From: Eledone cirrhosa
Lineage: Eukaryota
Assembly: GCA_964016885.1 (NCBI GenBank)
Contig: OZ024750.1
Span: 5,084,001-5,148,000 of the forward strand
Direction of reading: 5' to 3'
Length of the DNA: 64,000 nt
Shown here piece after piece: positions 13,428 to 27,576 of the stretch. A program made the position numbers and the translations under genes. The notes under the pieces are model-generated. The model did not search any database and was not told the DNA's origin. It saw only the letters and a list, made by a program, of their open reading frames with translations. Each line of letters starts with the position of its first letter. Within the stretch, counting starts at the first letter, position 1.

Positions 13428-13563
13428 AATAATTGTTTCTACGTTAGGCACAAGGCCAGCAATTACCCAGTGTATTACTGGTACTTTATTTTATCGACCC
13501 TGTAAGGATGAAAGGCAAAGTTAACCTCGGCGGGATTTGAACTCAGAATGGCAAGGGCCGTAA
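13428..13563 (-). mobile_element. SINE family B (partial)
   Basis: Consensus match; another partial copy at 17995-18112 (-). Confidence 0.8.
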
Positions 13564-15358
13564 CAATAATGTCATACGAGGACACTTCACTTAAATGTCA
13601 GCAAGATGGTCAAGATTCAATTACTTATACAAACTATGAAATATAATAAACTACATTCTTTTATTGTTTGAGAAGAAAGTACAAGTGTGAAGCCTAATGG
13701 TTAAGGTATTGGGCTTATGATCAATGTTTCTCTAAGGTGTATAGGTGTGTGGTTGTACAGGTGTGTGGTTGTACAGGTGTGAGGTTGTACAGATGCTAAA
13801 CTAGTACCACACGCATCAAAATGCTGCCACTCAGAAGCTTTGAAATTAAAACAGAATTTATTTCCTGAAAACCCCAAATATGCCACTCAGTGTTTGGAAA
13901 AAATCAAGATAGTAGTAAGCTCAATTCCTGGATCAGGCAGCATGCTGTATGCTTGAATAAGACACTTTATTTTGTGTTGATCCAGTCTGGCTTATAAATG
14001 AGGTTTAGAATTTTGTTCATTTCTAAGACATAAAATAGGGGATGAGGTTTACATTCGAGTATACACAGTAACTGGGCTCCACCTGGCAGTAAACGGAGGT
14101 GAGGTTGCCCCAGGATCACCTGGTGATGAATGTTCCAAAAATCCCAAAAGACCTGATGGCAGTCAACACCACTTGGCACGGACGCGAAAAAGCTGCTGCT
14201 GATCATGATCATTGGCAACTACTGCTTGATGCACCAAAAGAACCTAAGACTAAGATACAGTAAATATTTTAGGTTTTTCTTTGGTGGTTTTATGTAATAT
14301 CAAGATTTTAGTCAGCTATCTATTCCATGTTCACTTACTTCAATCTATTATATTCCTAATTATGGCTTATAGTCAGTTTCATTCATTTTATGTTGTTAGC
14401 CTGTAAACAACAGGTTTTATTAAGTAAAGGTATTGTGTCTTCTCACTTATTTCCTTCTGTTTTATTATGCCGTATATTTTATTCATACATAGCTGTTTCA
14501 TAAGGTTATATTCACTCAGCTATTTATTGACTTGACTTATGGCTGGTTTGTTTAATGAGTAAAGGTTTCTAATTAACTGATGGTGATTATAGTGTCTTGC
14601 TGAGTACGATCAGTTCAGGTTTGGGTCCTGGTAATTCCACCTAAATTTGGTGTGTGGCTGTGTATATTGTACAGTTCTTTCTTGAGCAATTTGGATCTAG
14701 TGTTTGGGGTCAATTGTGGAAGTATTGTTTAAATTTGGTTAGGTTTATAATAGGCTTTGGTTTAATTCTGATTGTATATTGCGTCATCATTTTATGTCTA
14801 CTTTCTATACTGGTATGGGTTGGACAGGTTGTCACGATCCAGATGGATCAGAGAAACTAATTTTGTTTATTATATTCCATATTTAGAATGGTTTCTATGG
14901 CTTGATACCTTCCCAATGCCAACCACCTTACAAGACGAACTGGGTGCTTTTTATCATGGTACCAACACTAACACTTTACAGGGTGAACTGGGTGCTTTTT
15001 ATGGTGGTACTAACACTACAGAGGATGTGATATGCTAGGCCAAACTAGAAAGTCCTCTCAAAACCTATATTGTCTCCTATTACCAAACACTGTAGCTTCT
15101 GGTTTCTCATCATATTTACTTTTGTTGACACAGTCCTTTGTATTATGGCATGTTGTCAGTCAGCATGATATAATGTGTGACAAGTCTAGACCTTTCAATT
15201 ATAAATACAGTCCATCTAATGGGCTTCTAAACAGTTTTGTATCATAAAAGCAGGGATTGTTACCTATAGTTGATACTTCAGAGAACCTAAATCTCACTTT
15301 TTAATCTACAAAAGATTGTTTTTCTTTGTGAAGATCCTTCTGCAGTTGTGACTAATCC

Positions 15359-15428
<70 letters not shown>

Positions 15429-15556
15429 TATGAGTAGAAGGGATATTTAATTTGTTGGAAATTCAACAAATATAAATGTTTATAACTGAGTCAGAGCACT
15501 TGAGTAAATATTCAATGATATTAAATAAATGGAAACTATATTTATAAAACCATAAT

Positions 15557-15618
15557 TATTCTATTATATATATTTCAAGGGTACCTAAAACTTTGGTAAG
15601 CTTTCATCAGATAAAATA
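15557..15618 (-). ncRNA. Minimal type I hammerhead ribozyme motif in a dispersed (Penelope-like) repeat
   Basis: UAUUUUAU-CUGAUGA-AAG(CU)UACC-loop-GGUA(CC)CUU-GAAA-UAUAUA-UA-AUAGAAUA: intact core, stems I and II, palindromic stem III. Confidence 0.7.
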
Positions 15619-15814
15619 CAAAGTGTGTTTTATAAATGTTGACATAGCCAAGGAAAATATACCTTATCAGTTGAATTTTCCTTGGATATATATATACACA
15701 CACACACATATGTATATATATATAAATATATTTATATAAGAATTTAAAAAAAGGCAGCACACAAGACAAAGACAAAAAAACAAACAAATAGTCCCTTTTC
15801 TTCAGTCAACTTCT

Positions 15815-16070
15815 GGAATACAGTTTCAGAACATTTGTGTGTGAAGTGTGATGCTGCATGGTAGTGAAACATGGGCTGTGACTGCAGAGGACATGTATAG
15901 ACTGGATAGAAATGAAGCAGCCATGCTCCGTTGGATGTGTAATGTAAATGTGAGAGAAAGGCAGAGCTTGGACGAGTTGAGGGAGAAGCTGGGTTAAAGA
16001 GGAATCCGAGATGGTGTGCAGGAGAGAAGACTGCATTGATTTGGACATGTGATGCACATGGACAATGATC
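15815..16070 (+). mobile_element. RTE-clade LINE 3' ORF fragment
   Basis: Translates to VMLHGSETWAV...RNEAAMLRWMCNV...LREKLG...ERRLH*FGHVMHMD. Confidence 0.8.
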
Positions 16071-16661
16071 GGTTTTTTTTTCTCACACTGAAATAGCAAT
16101 TGTTTGACAAACTTAACTGATTGATGTTAACAAAAGTAATTAATTAAAGGCTTATTTGCATAATCTGAGTAACTTAATGAAGTGTCAGGTGATGGCTCGT
16201 TGCCTAGTGGTTAAGGTATTGTACTCACAATCAAAGTTGTGAGTTCGATTCCTGGAATAAGCAGCGCATTGTGTTCTTGAGAAGGACGCTTCATTTCCAT
16301 TATATCCATGATATGAATAGGACCCTATCCTGAGAAACCTATGAGATGCAACCTCGTATGAGGTCAGTTAAGTGTGAGCTATAAGAATTCATGCCTCGCT
16401 CCCATTTCATATCAGGTGATGCTGGGAAGGATGCTTGGCTATTCCAACACATTTAGCCTCGCTATCACCTGCAGCAATGCCGTGTATTGGTTTGCCTCAG
16501 AAACAGTTTAGAGGACAACCCCAACTTTCTCTGTTGTACTGTGTAACGTAGTCTGTCTTCTTTCTCACTCTTTATTGATTTCTTTCTTATGTAAGCCATA
16601 CATATTATATAATTTAATACACACCATTTGCTTGTTTAATAAATTCCCTGATGTACGGTTC

Positions 16662-16707
<46 letters not shown>

Positions 16708-18232
16708 TATATACACATATATATATAATTCGATATTATTTGACAATAATTAAAAGCTAACACTACTGGAATTTTAGAAATCACTCGTAAATCACATTAT
16801 CGATTAAGTAACCTTTCAATGAATTGATACCAACCCACCTAAAACCGGCCCTGGTTTTATGATACAACATTGCCCATTTTTAAGTGTTCATATTTATAAA
16901 CCTTCCAGCATTATTATATTTAAGAAATCTCTTAAGTGATGTTCCAAACATCAGTTTACTAATGAAAAAAATATTATATTTCTCCAAATGATTGATTATT
17001 TCACTAAAAATACGGTCACAAAAATATTTTAATTAACGAAATACACAGAAAATAAAGTATATAGATTATAAGCTACTCTCTGTTCCTGATAAACAGTAGA
17101 ATAACGCCTAGTTTTAATTAAAAATACTCAAATATGACAATCATTTTGTAATATCGAGTTAATTCGGTGCACTTAATTTTAAAAATTACACATGAACCGT
17201 TTTCATACCAAACTACCTGAAACTGTAGCTGGTTCTATGATAGAAAACTGACCATTTTAAATATATTTACATTTATCTAAAAACCCTTCAACCAAATTGT
17301 ATATAAAACCCTTTTTGAAGTTACGTTCCAAAGACCAGCTTAATGAGAAAGATATATATATATATATTACTAACTAAATTTATCCGATTGATTATTTTCA
17401 AAATTATTAGAAATATGGTAAAAAAGTTTTAAAAAATGATCTCAATATATATAGCTAAAAATTACGTTTAGCCTGCAATAAGCCAGGTACCCCCTTATTT
17501 CATCATAGGATTAAATAAAAATGGGGCGTGTATTTGTGTAGAGACAGAGATGGAGTTTTAAATAGTAAATTACAAAAATACAAGTGGATAAATATAGAAT
17601 GATTGAATATCTGAGACAGAGAGCCGGCTAACAAGGCGTGGCTGTGTATTAATGATAGTAAATATACTAATGACAAGTAGATCAAAACCTACCACCCGAA
17701 TACAGAAGGTCGATATATACACCATACATCTAGACAGAACCATGTTAAACCCATGACCGAGTCTGTAGGATTTAAGTTATTTCGGGTCCCTCCCCTTGGT
17801 ATTTCAATATTTCACCCCATTACATGAATAAAATGTGGCGGGGGTCTTTAGACTTCAGCCTAATATCAGCTTTATGAACATTACGGCCGTAGATATAGAT
17901 TTACTCCAATATTCCCCCAACCTCTACAATATAAAACTGAACCATGTCACAAGTTTTACTAAACCTCTACCTGGATAGTAAACGTCAGTAATTTATAATT
18001 GTTTCTACGTTAGGCACAAGGCCAGCAATTACCCCAGTGTATTACTGGTACTTTATTTTATCGACCTCGTAAGGATGAAAGGCAAAGTTAACCTCGGCGG
18101 GATTTGAACTCACAGTAATTTATAATCCAGGTAAGATAGAGACAAATTGGTTGTTTAACACGAGAAATAAATACATTAACACGATTATGCTGAGTATACA
18201 AAACTCTTGTGATGTGTGAGTGAGTGTGTGTG

Positions 18233-18277
<45 letters not shown>

Positions 18278-18889
18278 TGTAAGGGTGCCACATATACATG
18301 TTTTAATTCAAACATTGTGGCCGTTCAAACTAACTTAACTGTGTAACGTACATTAATAATTATAACATTATTAATTAAAATAAATTAAGCAGATACGTTA
18401 GTCAAGCAAAGAGTATTATATATATATATATGAAGCGATTAAGCTGAAACTTCGAAGTCACTACCAATTTTCTGCCCAGAAAATAAATTTACACTTTACC
18501 TATAAGTACTGAGTACTGATTCAGTTGATATTATTTTAAACACCCATTCTTTTATATATATATATATATATGTCATCTACACTCGCTCAACTAAAAAAAT
18601 GTCTTTAAATAATTAAGATATATTACTTGACAGATATTCGATTAGAAAATAAATCAATAGAGTGAGTAAATTTATCTAAAAGACTTGTCAAAGATAATTA
18701 TCATCGATCTAATTAGCAAGGACATGGAACCAAAACACGGAAAACCCTTTTCGCGAGAGAATTTATCAACCCGTGGAGGGAAAAAAAAGAGAATTATAAA
18801 AACCGAAAATAAAATAAAATAAAAGGACAACGTGAATTAATAAATTAAAATATAGTGAGAGAAGTAGAAATTAAATAAAATACACCCAC

Positions 18890-18952
18890 TTTTTTCCTTG
18901 CAGCTGCTATTTTATCCTTCTTCGATAAAGTCGAAGAGACAACATCTGCCAT
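18890..18952 (-). CDS. GOLGA2: Probable golgin subfamily A member 2 (GM130) coding exon 1 (MADVVSSTLSKKDKIAAARKK)
   Basis: CAAAATG start context and a phase-0 GTGGGT donor. Joined to exon 2 it gives KIAAARKKLKRFKEK, which resembles the GM130 N-terminal KLAAAKKKLxxYQ motif. Identity rests on this short motif only. Confidence 0.7.
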
Positions 18953-20782
18953 TTTGCTTACCACACACTAAACTTCTCTGTTGATTTTGACACGACACAG
19001 TCATTACAGGACCGCACTGAATTCCGCATCGATTACTTACAACAATAATAGTAGTAAATAAATTTAATATGTATCAAATGATATTTTTTAAATGACAAAA
19101 TTGTTTAATTCATTCGAATATTTAACTTTAAAAAAAAACATTTCTTTTTTTTAAATATATTTTTTTGTAGTTAGGCGTAACTAGGTTGAAGTTAAGGTGA
19201 TTAACATGTGATTGGTCAGTTTGGTGTGTGTATGTATGTGTGAGGGAGAGAAGAAGTGTGTGTATCTGTATCTGAGGGAGAGAGAAAATGTGTTTGTCTG
19301 TATCTGAGGGAGAGAGAAAGTGTGTGTGTGTGTGTCTGTGTGTGAGGGAGAGAGATTGTGTATACGTGTGTGTGCCACACAACTCATTAATCGACGAAGT
19401 AGCTGATTCCATGGAAATTAAGCACGATAATTACTCTGACATATATTTGTTATTTCATAAATGTATCATTTCAATTATTAGACCATTAATATATCGTTCA
19501 TGACCCTCCACCCCCACGTAGAATACGGGGGGCTCCAAATTTAAATCGCTGATCGACAACTTCTCTAGTACTGGTGCTATGAAAACTGAACCCAGGACAC
19601 TGTAAGTTGGTTGACTACAGGAAGGACGTCCTGATGTAGAAACCATACCAAACGGGTCAAGAGGAGGACTCTTCAGTTCCGTTAAGGGTACAAGCACTTA
19701 GTACACCCGGTAAGGGGGTTGGTGATAGGAAGGGCATCAAGGGGCCAGAAGAACTTTTCGGTTGTGTTGAATGCCTGACAACCTCCCTAGTGTTTGGTGA
19801 TCTACACATTAAATACACCCAGTACATTTAGGATGTGGTTTTTCATAAGGTGGGCTGTACTATTAAAAAATCCAAAGCTTCTTCTTCACCCATTTATTCC
19901 TGAGAGGGTCGTGGAGGCAGAGTCCTCAAACACTCTTTCCAGCAAGTCCTGTCAGAAGCAACCGTTTCTAACTGATCCAACTGGATCCCCAAGCGAGACT
20001 AGCCAAGCTCATGGATGTTATCTAGCCATCTTGCTCGGGGCCTACTCCTAGGCCCCCAGCCAGTTGGTTTTGCCCGTAAAATCTGTCCAGTGATTCTTTC
20101 TGAAACATTCTAATCATATGTCCATAATATTGGAGCTGTGATCTCTCAATTTGGAGAAGTAGTGGCTCTACCTGGAGTGACTATTTGAATTAGGTGTGTC
20201 ATTCAGAAAGCCTAATGGATCATATGTGACTCATGGATCACAGTTTACCCATGAATGCTTCAAACTATAGTTATACTGTGTGAAATATAGTATTTGTCAG
20301 TTTATAACTAATATGCTGCGTTTATTCACTTTCAGAGATTGTTTTTCTCACACATGCAGGACTAGAAAAACCTATTTTTCCTATTTACTAACCAAAACTA
20401 GTTTTCAAATGTGAAATATATATTATATTGTGAAATATATATTATATTATGTCCCATGAAACCTCTTAAAGTATAGTCTGCTGTCAAAAGTTATCTAAAT
20501 GTCTTTGTTCATACCATTAACAGGTGAAGGGAGTGCTAACTAAGCTGTAAACAAGGTCCCACAGTATTTCAGGGCCCTAAGTTAATTATTATTATTATTA
20601 TTATTATTTTTTTGGCAGCCATAATTACTATGCAAGGGCCTCAAAGACGTTATCAAGCAGGGGGCCTATGTAAGCTTAACCCACTCCTGGTCTATATGTG
20701 AGAAGAAAGAGTTACGGAGTATGGAAGTAGTAAGAGTTCTCTCCCTTGGCATGCAATATAAGCCACTACTTTGCAATTATTC

Positions 20783-21095
20783 CCGTCGAGGTTAACTTTG
20801 CCTTTCATCCTTACGGGGTCTATAAAATAAAGTACCAGCAATGTACTGGGTAATTGCTGGCTTTGTGCCAAAATTAGAAACAATTATCATTATTGTGGAT
20901 TGGCAGTATCGGTAGAGGGTTGGACGCCATGCTTTGCAGCAAAGAGTTACGGCCCTTTATGGTCTGAGTTCAAATCCCGCCGAGGTTAACTTTGTCTTTC
21001 ATCCTTCCGGGGTCAATAAAATAAAGTACCAGTAATGTACTGGGTAATTGCTGGCCTTGTGCCAAAAGTAGAAACAATTATTATTATTATTATTA
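20783..21095 (+). mobile_element. SINE family B tandem pair (partial plus full copy)
   Basis: Two head-to-tail copies ending in (TTA)n. A similar pair lies at 57088-57320. Confidence 0.85.
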
Positions 21096-21713
21096 TTTTT
21101 CATCGCTATTTTATGTTCGTGTTCCACATTTGCATGGGTTAATTATTACACATTTATATAAAACTGTGATCCTTAAGGGTTCAGTAATGCACCTCTCTGA
21201 TGTTTGTGCCCTAGTTAGCCTCAATATTAATACCAGCCTTCTAAATATATCTCACATCTTATAAACTTGACCTTAGCTAACATTTGTATATTTAGACAGT
21301 GTTCAGAGAAAGGTCAGTTTATTTGTTGCTATGTAAAGCAATGATAACAGAGAGGTAGTCTCCTCAATCTATTTGTTATTTAACCTATTTTCACTAGAAA
21401 ACAAAAGATCTAACTGAAGAAAGGTTAAGTACTTATAAGAGGGTATGGGTTGGTTGTCACAAGGTCAATAAATAAAGTACCAGTTCTGTACTGCGGTTAA
21501 TTCTTCTGCTATATCTCTTTCTCGTTTCTTATCTTTCTATCTCTATGTCTATCTATCTTTGGAAGAAATTAACTGTGTTTAAACCTGGTGAGGTCTGGGC
21601 TCCACCAGGTTGAAATGCTCAAAACATGTCATACATCCTTTCAGCACCAACCATGATACAAGAGTTCAAACTGTAAGGCATCACTAAAAGGGTTGGTATC
21701 CTGCTGAGAGACA

Positions 21714-22020
21714 TTATCACTACTACTATTACCATCACCACCACCACTTTATCATAACCACCACCATTATCACTACTACTATTACCATCACCACCACCGC
21801 CACCATTATCACTACTACTATTACCATCACCACCACCGTCACCATTATCACTACTACCATCACCACCACCACCACTTTATCATAACCACCACCACCATTA
21901 TCACTACTACTACTACCATCACCACCACCACTTTATCATAACCACCACCACCATTATCACTACTACTACTACCATCACCACCACCACCACCATTATCACT
22001 ACTACTACTACCATCACCAC
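21714..22020. repeat. Compound CAC/CAT/TAC trinucleotide repeat
   Basis: Direct reading. Confidence 0.9.
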
Positions 22021-22874
22021 TTTATTCATTCAACCAGTCCTCTTCTACAACATTTACTTAAGATTTATATATTATTATCTCTGCCAAGTCTGTTATCAAT
22101 GCCATTCAAATCATTTCCTTTCTGTAAACTAATTTCCGTAGACCTAACTGCAGCAGTTAGCATTGGCAACATTATTACAGATTCTGGCTGCTTCCATACT
22201 TCTTTTTTTTTTTAACCATTTTCTTACTAAAGCACCTGAAACTGCCCCCGATTCTATGATACAAAGCTGTTTGTTTTAAAGTCCTTATATTTATCTAAAA
22301 AACATTCCTTCAAAATTTTATGTAAGAATCCTTGTTAAGATTACAAATTTAATTCCTCAAACTCTGAGTGCTCAAAACATTTAGTTCAAAGTGGCAATAA
22401 TTCCATAGAAAATGAAGTTACTATTGTGATTAAAAAGAGAGTGAGCTTTTTGTTTTCCAACTGATAGTCTTCTTTACTAAATTTTTCTGTGAAGATACAT
22501 TGTGTATTTTTTGTGAAATCCCACTATTCTCACTTCGAAATCCTAGTTCTTACTTTGAAGTAATATTTGCTCACTTAGAATTACAAATGCTGAAATAGAT
22601 GTTCGGCCTTCAGAGGTCCACACATAGATTCACATAAAATAAATAAAGCAAATTTGATCAAAATATCTCTTCTTTTATTTTTAATGATTTTTTTTTGATT
22701 TTTTATCCACAGTAATACCAAAAATGGTACTAACACTCAAAGAGCTAATCATTAAAGATGGTACTGGTACACAAAGTGAAAATTTGCGATTTTATTTTAT
22801 TTTCATCCTATTCAAATTTATGAAGACAACTCAACAATTTTTTTTTTTTATAAAGTGAAAAATAATACTACACT

Positions 22875-23091
22875 TTAACTCTTAATGTCTTGTACCACAT
22901 GAAACCACATTTTCAATACATTCTTGAAAAATATACCAAACAGCACTATGATTGCATCACATTAAATATCAAAGTCTTTACTCTAATACTGCAAATTTTC
23001 ACTACAACCTGTCTCATACTAAAAACATTTAAATTAATAAGCCCATTTTAATATATTTTCTGCTAAATCATTACAGCATGTTAAGAGTTAA
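22875..23091. mobile_element. Second TTAA-type MITE family
   Basis: TTAACTCTTAA...TTAAGAGTTAA termini; homologous copy at about 30648-30874. Confidence 0.65.
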
Positions 23092-24109
23092 TTAAAAGTC
23101 CCATTCCTCATGAAAATATGAAGTTATCAACTTCTGAAAAACCACAAACGTCTGTTTCACTTCTCAAAAAAGCTAGAATATTTCATTTTGGAGAAATGAA
23201 ATATGAAAAAATATTATAATGTAAAAATATGTAGTTACTAAAACATTGAATTGATGAGAGATACATTTCCAATTGGATAGGACACCAGTCCTTCACAAGT
23301 AAACTCCCCTAAATTATTTGATACTTATTCTCGACAGCTAATTGAACTAAAGCAATATAGAATAAATAAATAAATATATTTACTACCATATTTCAAATAA
23401 TTTTGAAAGTAATCAAGAATTTCAAAGAATTTTGTAAAATAACTAACATTTGTTTTTATTATTAAGCTAATGTTTGGAATATAACAAATGGTTCTTACAT
23501 AAAATTATAATGGAAGATTTTACTTGAAATTTAAAAATGAACACTTTAAAACAAGAGGTTTTGTAACATACAATGGAAAGCAGATTGGGGCTCAAAACTA
23601 GACTGGACATCACATAGTGACACCTTAACTGAGCAATGAAAAGGTACCTGACTAACAGACTACTGAGGACCAGAGGTGTGTTTTCACTGCTCAGGACCTG
23701 AAATTAAAGTATTGCACAGAAGCATGGAACCCATAATATAATTCTCAGGGAGATTCAGAATGCCACAGCTGGCCTTATGTTTTAAAGACACAGTCTATCT
23801 TGTTTTATAATGTAAATGTTTGAGAATTCTAAACACATCTCAGCTCAGCCCTATTTCCACTCTTCCGAACAACACATCTCATTTCCTCTCCAATGAAATG
23901 TTAGAATTTTTTCCTCCTCACAGAACATGAACATTATTCTTTTTTACAACCCATGGTTTTCTATGAACAGTTAATTCAATATCTTGCATACTTGGCTAAC
24001 CTCCCTCTTCAATTATATATATATATAACGAAGGAAATGTGGTAAGTAACCAGGTGAACCATAACGCACCAAAGTACTCAATACTGGGTAGTAGAGTGGG
24101 TAATAGGAA

Positions 24110-24197
24110 AAGAGTCAGCACCCCAACAGCTGAGCTCCAGCCGTTTCGACCTAGCTGTCGAAACGGCCGGAGCTCAGCCGTCGGGGTCCTGACTCTT
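24110..24197. repeat. 41-bp GC-rich hairpin
   Basis: 24110-24150 pairs with 24157-24197, 4 mismatches; related sequence at 58600-58646. Confidence 0.9.
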
Positions 24198-25967
24198 CTT
24201 CTATCTATGTATATATAGTAATAATAATAATATTTATAATTATATATGAGTTATATATAATTATAAATTTGGAGGGTATTACTAAGCACTAGCCAAGAAA
24301 CAGTTGTCAGCAATTAAATGTATTAAATTAAAATTTGATTGTTTTATATTTTGTATATATATATACATATATATCATCATCATTTAATGTCCACTTTCCC
24401 TCCAAGCAAGGGTTGGATGGGTCTACATAGACCAAGTTAGTACTGAAGCGGGGGCTACTGATCTCCCAGTCAGGCTTATATTGCTTATATACAGTTATAG
24501 AGTGTAGAGAAGTTGTCGTATCTTTTGACACAAACTGAAGGCTATCAATGTATACTATCAATGTATACAATCAATGTTAGTTCCTAGCACTTTAAAATAC
24601 AACTCCACAATGGTTAGCCACAGCTGTTACAATGTTACCATATCCACAAACCTCAAAATGTTATTCAAATTTCTCAACTGATAATTTATTCACCAGCAGA
24701 AAATTATGTTCTTTTTTCTCACACATATTTAATTTCCACAACATTACTCTCTGTATCTGGTTTAGAATAGGTCCGCCATATCCCTATGTGCTGCAAAAGT
24801 TGACTAAAATGGTTGGCATCAGGAAGAGGATCTAGCCATACAACAATGCCCCAAAAAGGATCTCATGATGAATATGAACCCTGTAAAGCTAATCCCTGCA
24901 TCAGAAGAGGGAATGGCCTTAAAACACAGGTATTTAATTGTATATTAATAGAATTGTTTATTTTTTTCTAGAATATATGATTATCTAGCAGATTTTATTA
25001 AATTATGAATGAGGTCACATTAAAAAAAAAAATTATATGGAAAATTTATGTTACATAAAATAAAATATTATTTATTCTCTAAAATAATTCATATGACAGG
25101 CACAAAACAAACTAATGTGTTTCTAAGAATGAATGAATTTGTAAAACACATCACTCTATGGAACTACTTATAATCCAGTATTATGGACATCATACTTCAC
25201 TTGTAAATCAACCAGCAGTTATTTTAAATACAGCAAAATTATAAGTGTTTGGGAAGTTTACAACAAATGACTATTTCTTTCTAAATAAAATTAAGTGATC
25301 TGTTGCTACACATTCACACATACTTTCACTGACAAACACCACAGAATAAATTAAATAATTTCTTAAAACACATGAAAATTATTATTTTATTTTATTCTTC
25401 TTTTACTTTTTTATTTATTTATTTTTTTTTTTTTTAATACTAATATTGTTTGTATCTGTTTTAGAATAGGTACACTATATCCTTGCAAGTCATCAGAGGT
25501 GACTAAAAGGATTGGTAGCAGAAAGAACCAGAAAGAACATCCTGTTATAAGACAGTTACTAAAAAAAAACACCCCGTTTCATGAGGTCCACAAGAAAGAT
25601 TGCTATAAAATGGTTATTGTTGTCTTATTGTACTAGATTTAGACAACTGGACTGGCCATCAAGGATTTTAAATCAATTATATAAACTGTTTTTTTATAAA
25701 CATTTCAAAGGAAAATATTTCATCTTTGATAGTTTTAAACACACGTTTTAGAGCAAATCTGTACAGAGAAATAACTGTTATCACATGAGCATCCAGACAG
25801 AAATACTTTGGCAGTAACATATTAAATGAGCACAAGGGAAATATTTCTGATTTAGTACATAAACTATTAGAAAAATGGAAAGACAAATAGGGTTAGATGT
25901 AATTTTAGTAGAATAATGTGTGGTGATACAGATTGTCTGAAAATGCCTGAAACCAGTATAACAATAC

Positions 25968-26238
25968 AATATATACTCGAGTATAAGATCAATGTATATA
26001 CTCGAGTATAAGAACACTATATACTCGAATATAAAATACTATATATACTCGTGTATAAGTCACACTGTTTTCCACGAAAAAAGGGAAGAAAACTCGATGT
26101 AAAAATCAGCACGTGACTCTTATTTAATAAACCTAGAAAACCCTCGTATCTGTGTCAAATATTAAGTCAAGAATGTTGTATGTAAAATGGATGTATGACT
26201 TACCTACCAGTGTGACTTACACCTGAGTATATCTAGTA
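25968..26238. mobile_element. pogo/Tigger-like MITE with a reiterated left end
   Basis: TATACTCGAGTATAAG repeats and inverted GTGTGACTTACACCTGAGTATA; related fragment at 47228-47415. Confidence 0.5.
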
Positions 26239-26583
26239 ATAAGGTTTTGTTGGAAACTGATAGAAACAACAGGTTTATGGTTTACATAAATTAATGTCTA
26301 AATATATTATTGGTGGCAACATCTGTCCTGCTGCTCTAAGCTTTCAAATGAGGTGAACTCATGAAGAATAACAAGTGGTACTCGTGAAATTTGTCGACAT
26401 ATTTTTGTACAAAATTTTCATTCTTTGCAAGATGACTTTGCAGGAAAATATTTTCGATTCTTTACAGATGGCATTTCAACAATCCCACCCCTAATATATA
26501 TATATATATACACTTACATATATATATATTTAAATATATACATATATATATATATTTAAATATATACATATATATATATTTAA

Positions 26584-26615
<32 letters not shown>

Positions 26616-26965
26616 TTAAATATATACATATATATATATTTAAATATATATATATATATATTTAAATATATATATATATATATATATATTTAAACATATT
26701 ACATATATATATTTAAATATATTTAAATATTAATTTAAATTTATCCTATAATTAATTTTACTTTACTTTCACAAATTTTATGCTAATTTCGATTCTCTAA
26801 TTGCCCACCTCGCTCCAAAAAAAAATTAATAATAATAATACAAAGGTTCAAAAACTGAAATAAATTCATCCATTTTACAACTAAATCCGAGTCGAAAATG
26901 ACATGAAATTGGATGACTTATGACAGCAGTAAAAAGATGAAGATGAAGAATTTTCCAGTGCTCGT

Positions 26966-27049
<84 letters not shown>

Positions 27050-27141
27050 GTGTGTGTGTGCGTATCCCGGGTTCAATCGGGGGTAACCACAGTAAGTAAG
27101 GTACTCAATACACAACAGAGTATAAATATTTAATATAGAAC

Positions 27142-27237
27142 TGGCTTCTACAGGACTAGAACTGTTTCATTTGAAGGAAATCAGGGCTTTCTCAATGATT
27201 TCCTTCGAATGAGACAGTTCTAGTCCAGTAGAAGCCA
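27142..27237. repeat. 42-bp hairpin in the presumed CPT1 3' UTR
   Basis: 27142-27183 pairs with 27196-27237, 3 mismatches. Confidence 0.9.
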
Positions 27238-27498
27238 TATATATATATATATCTGTTGGAATGGCAACTGAAACATTGTCAAGACCAAAATTTTGAGGTT
27301 CAATAGAACAGTATGTATATAAGACACACAGTCACTAGAAACAGTCACAGAGATCAGATGATTATTGTTATTCTCAGCGTATTCTTGGAGAAAATTGAAA
27401 CTTGGTAATGGATGGTGTTGGATAATCTGTTAAAAATACATATATTTATTTAGCATTGTCCTTTATCGTACAACTTTATACAAACATCCTGGAAAATA

Positions 27499-27576
27499 TT
27501 ATGTTGTTGTTTCTAATAACATTTGTTTTATATCAGACATCGACTTCGATATATTTCTGCTAAATCTTTCAGAATC
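27499..27576 (-). CDS. CPT1: CPT1 last coding exon ([25 protein letters not shown])
   Basis: TAG acceptor at 27577-27578; TAA stop at 27499-27501; DSxRF...I...M.DI pattern of the CPT1 C-terminus. Confidence 0.92.
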   Translation of the reverse strand, partial: DSERFSRNISKSMSDIKQMLLETTT

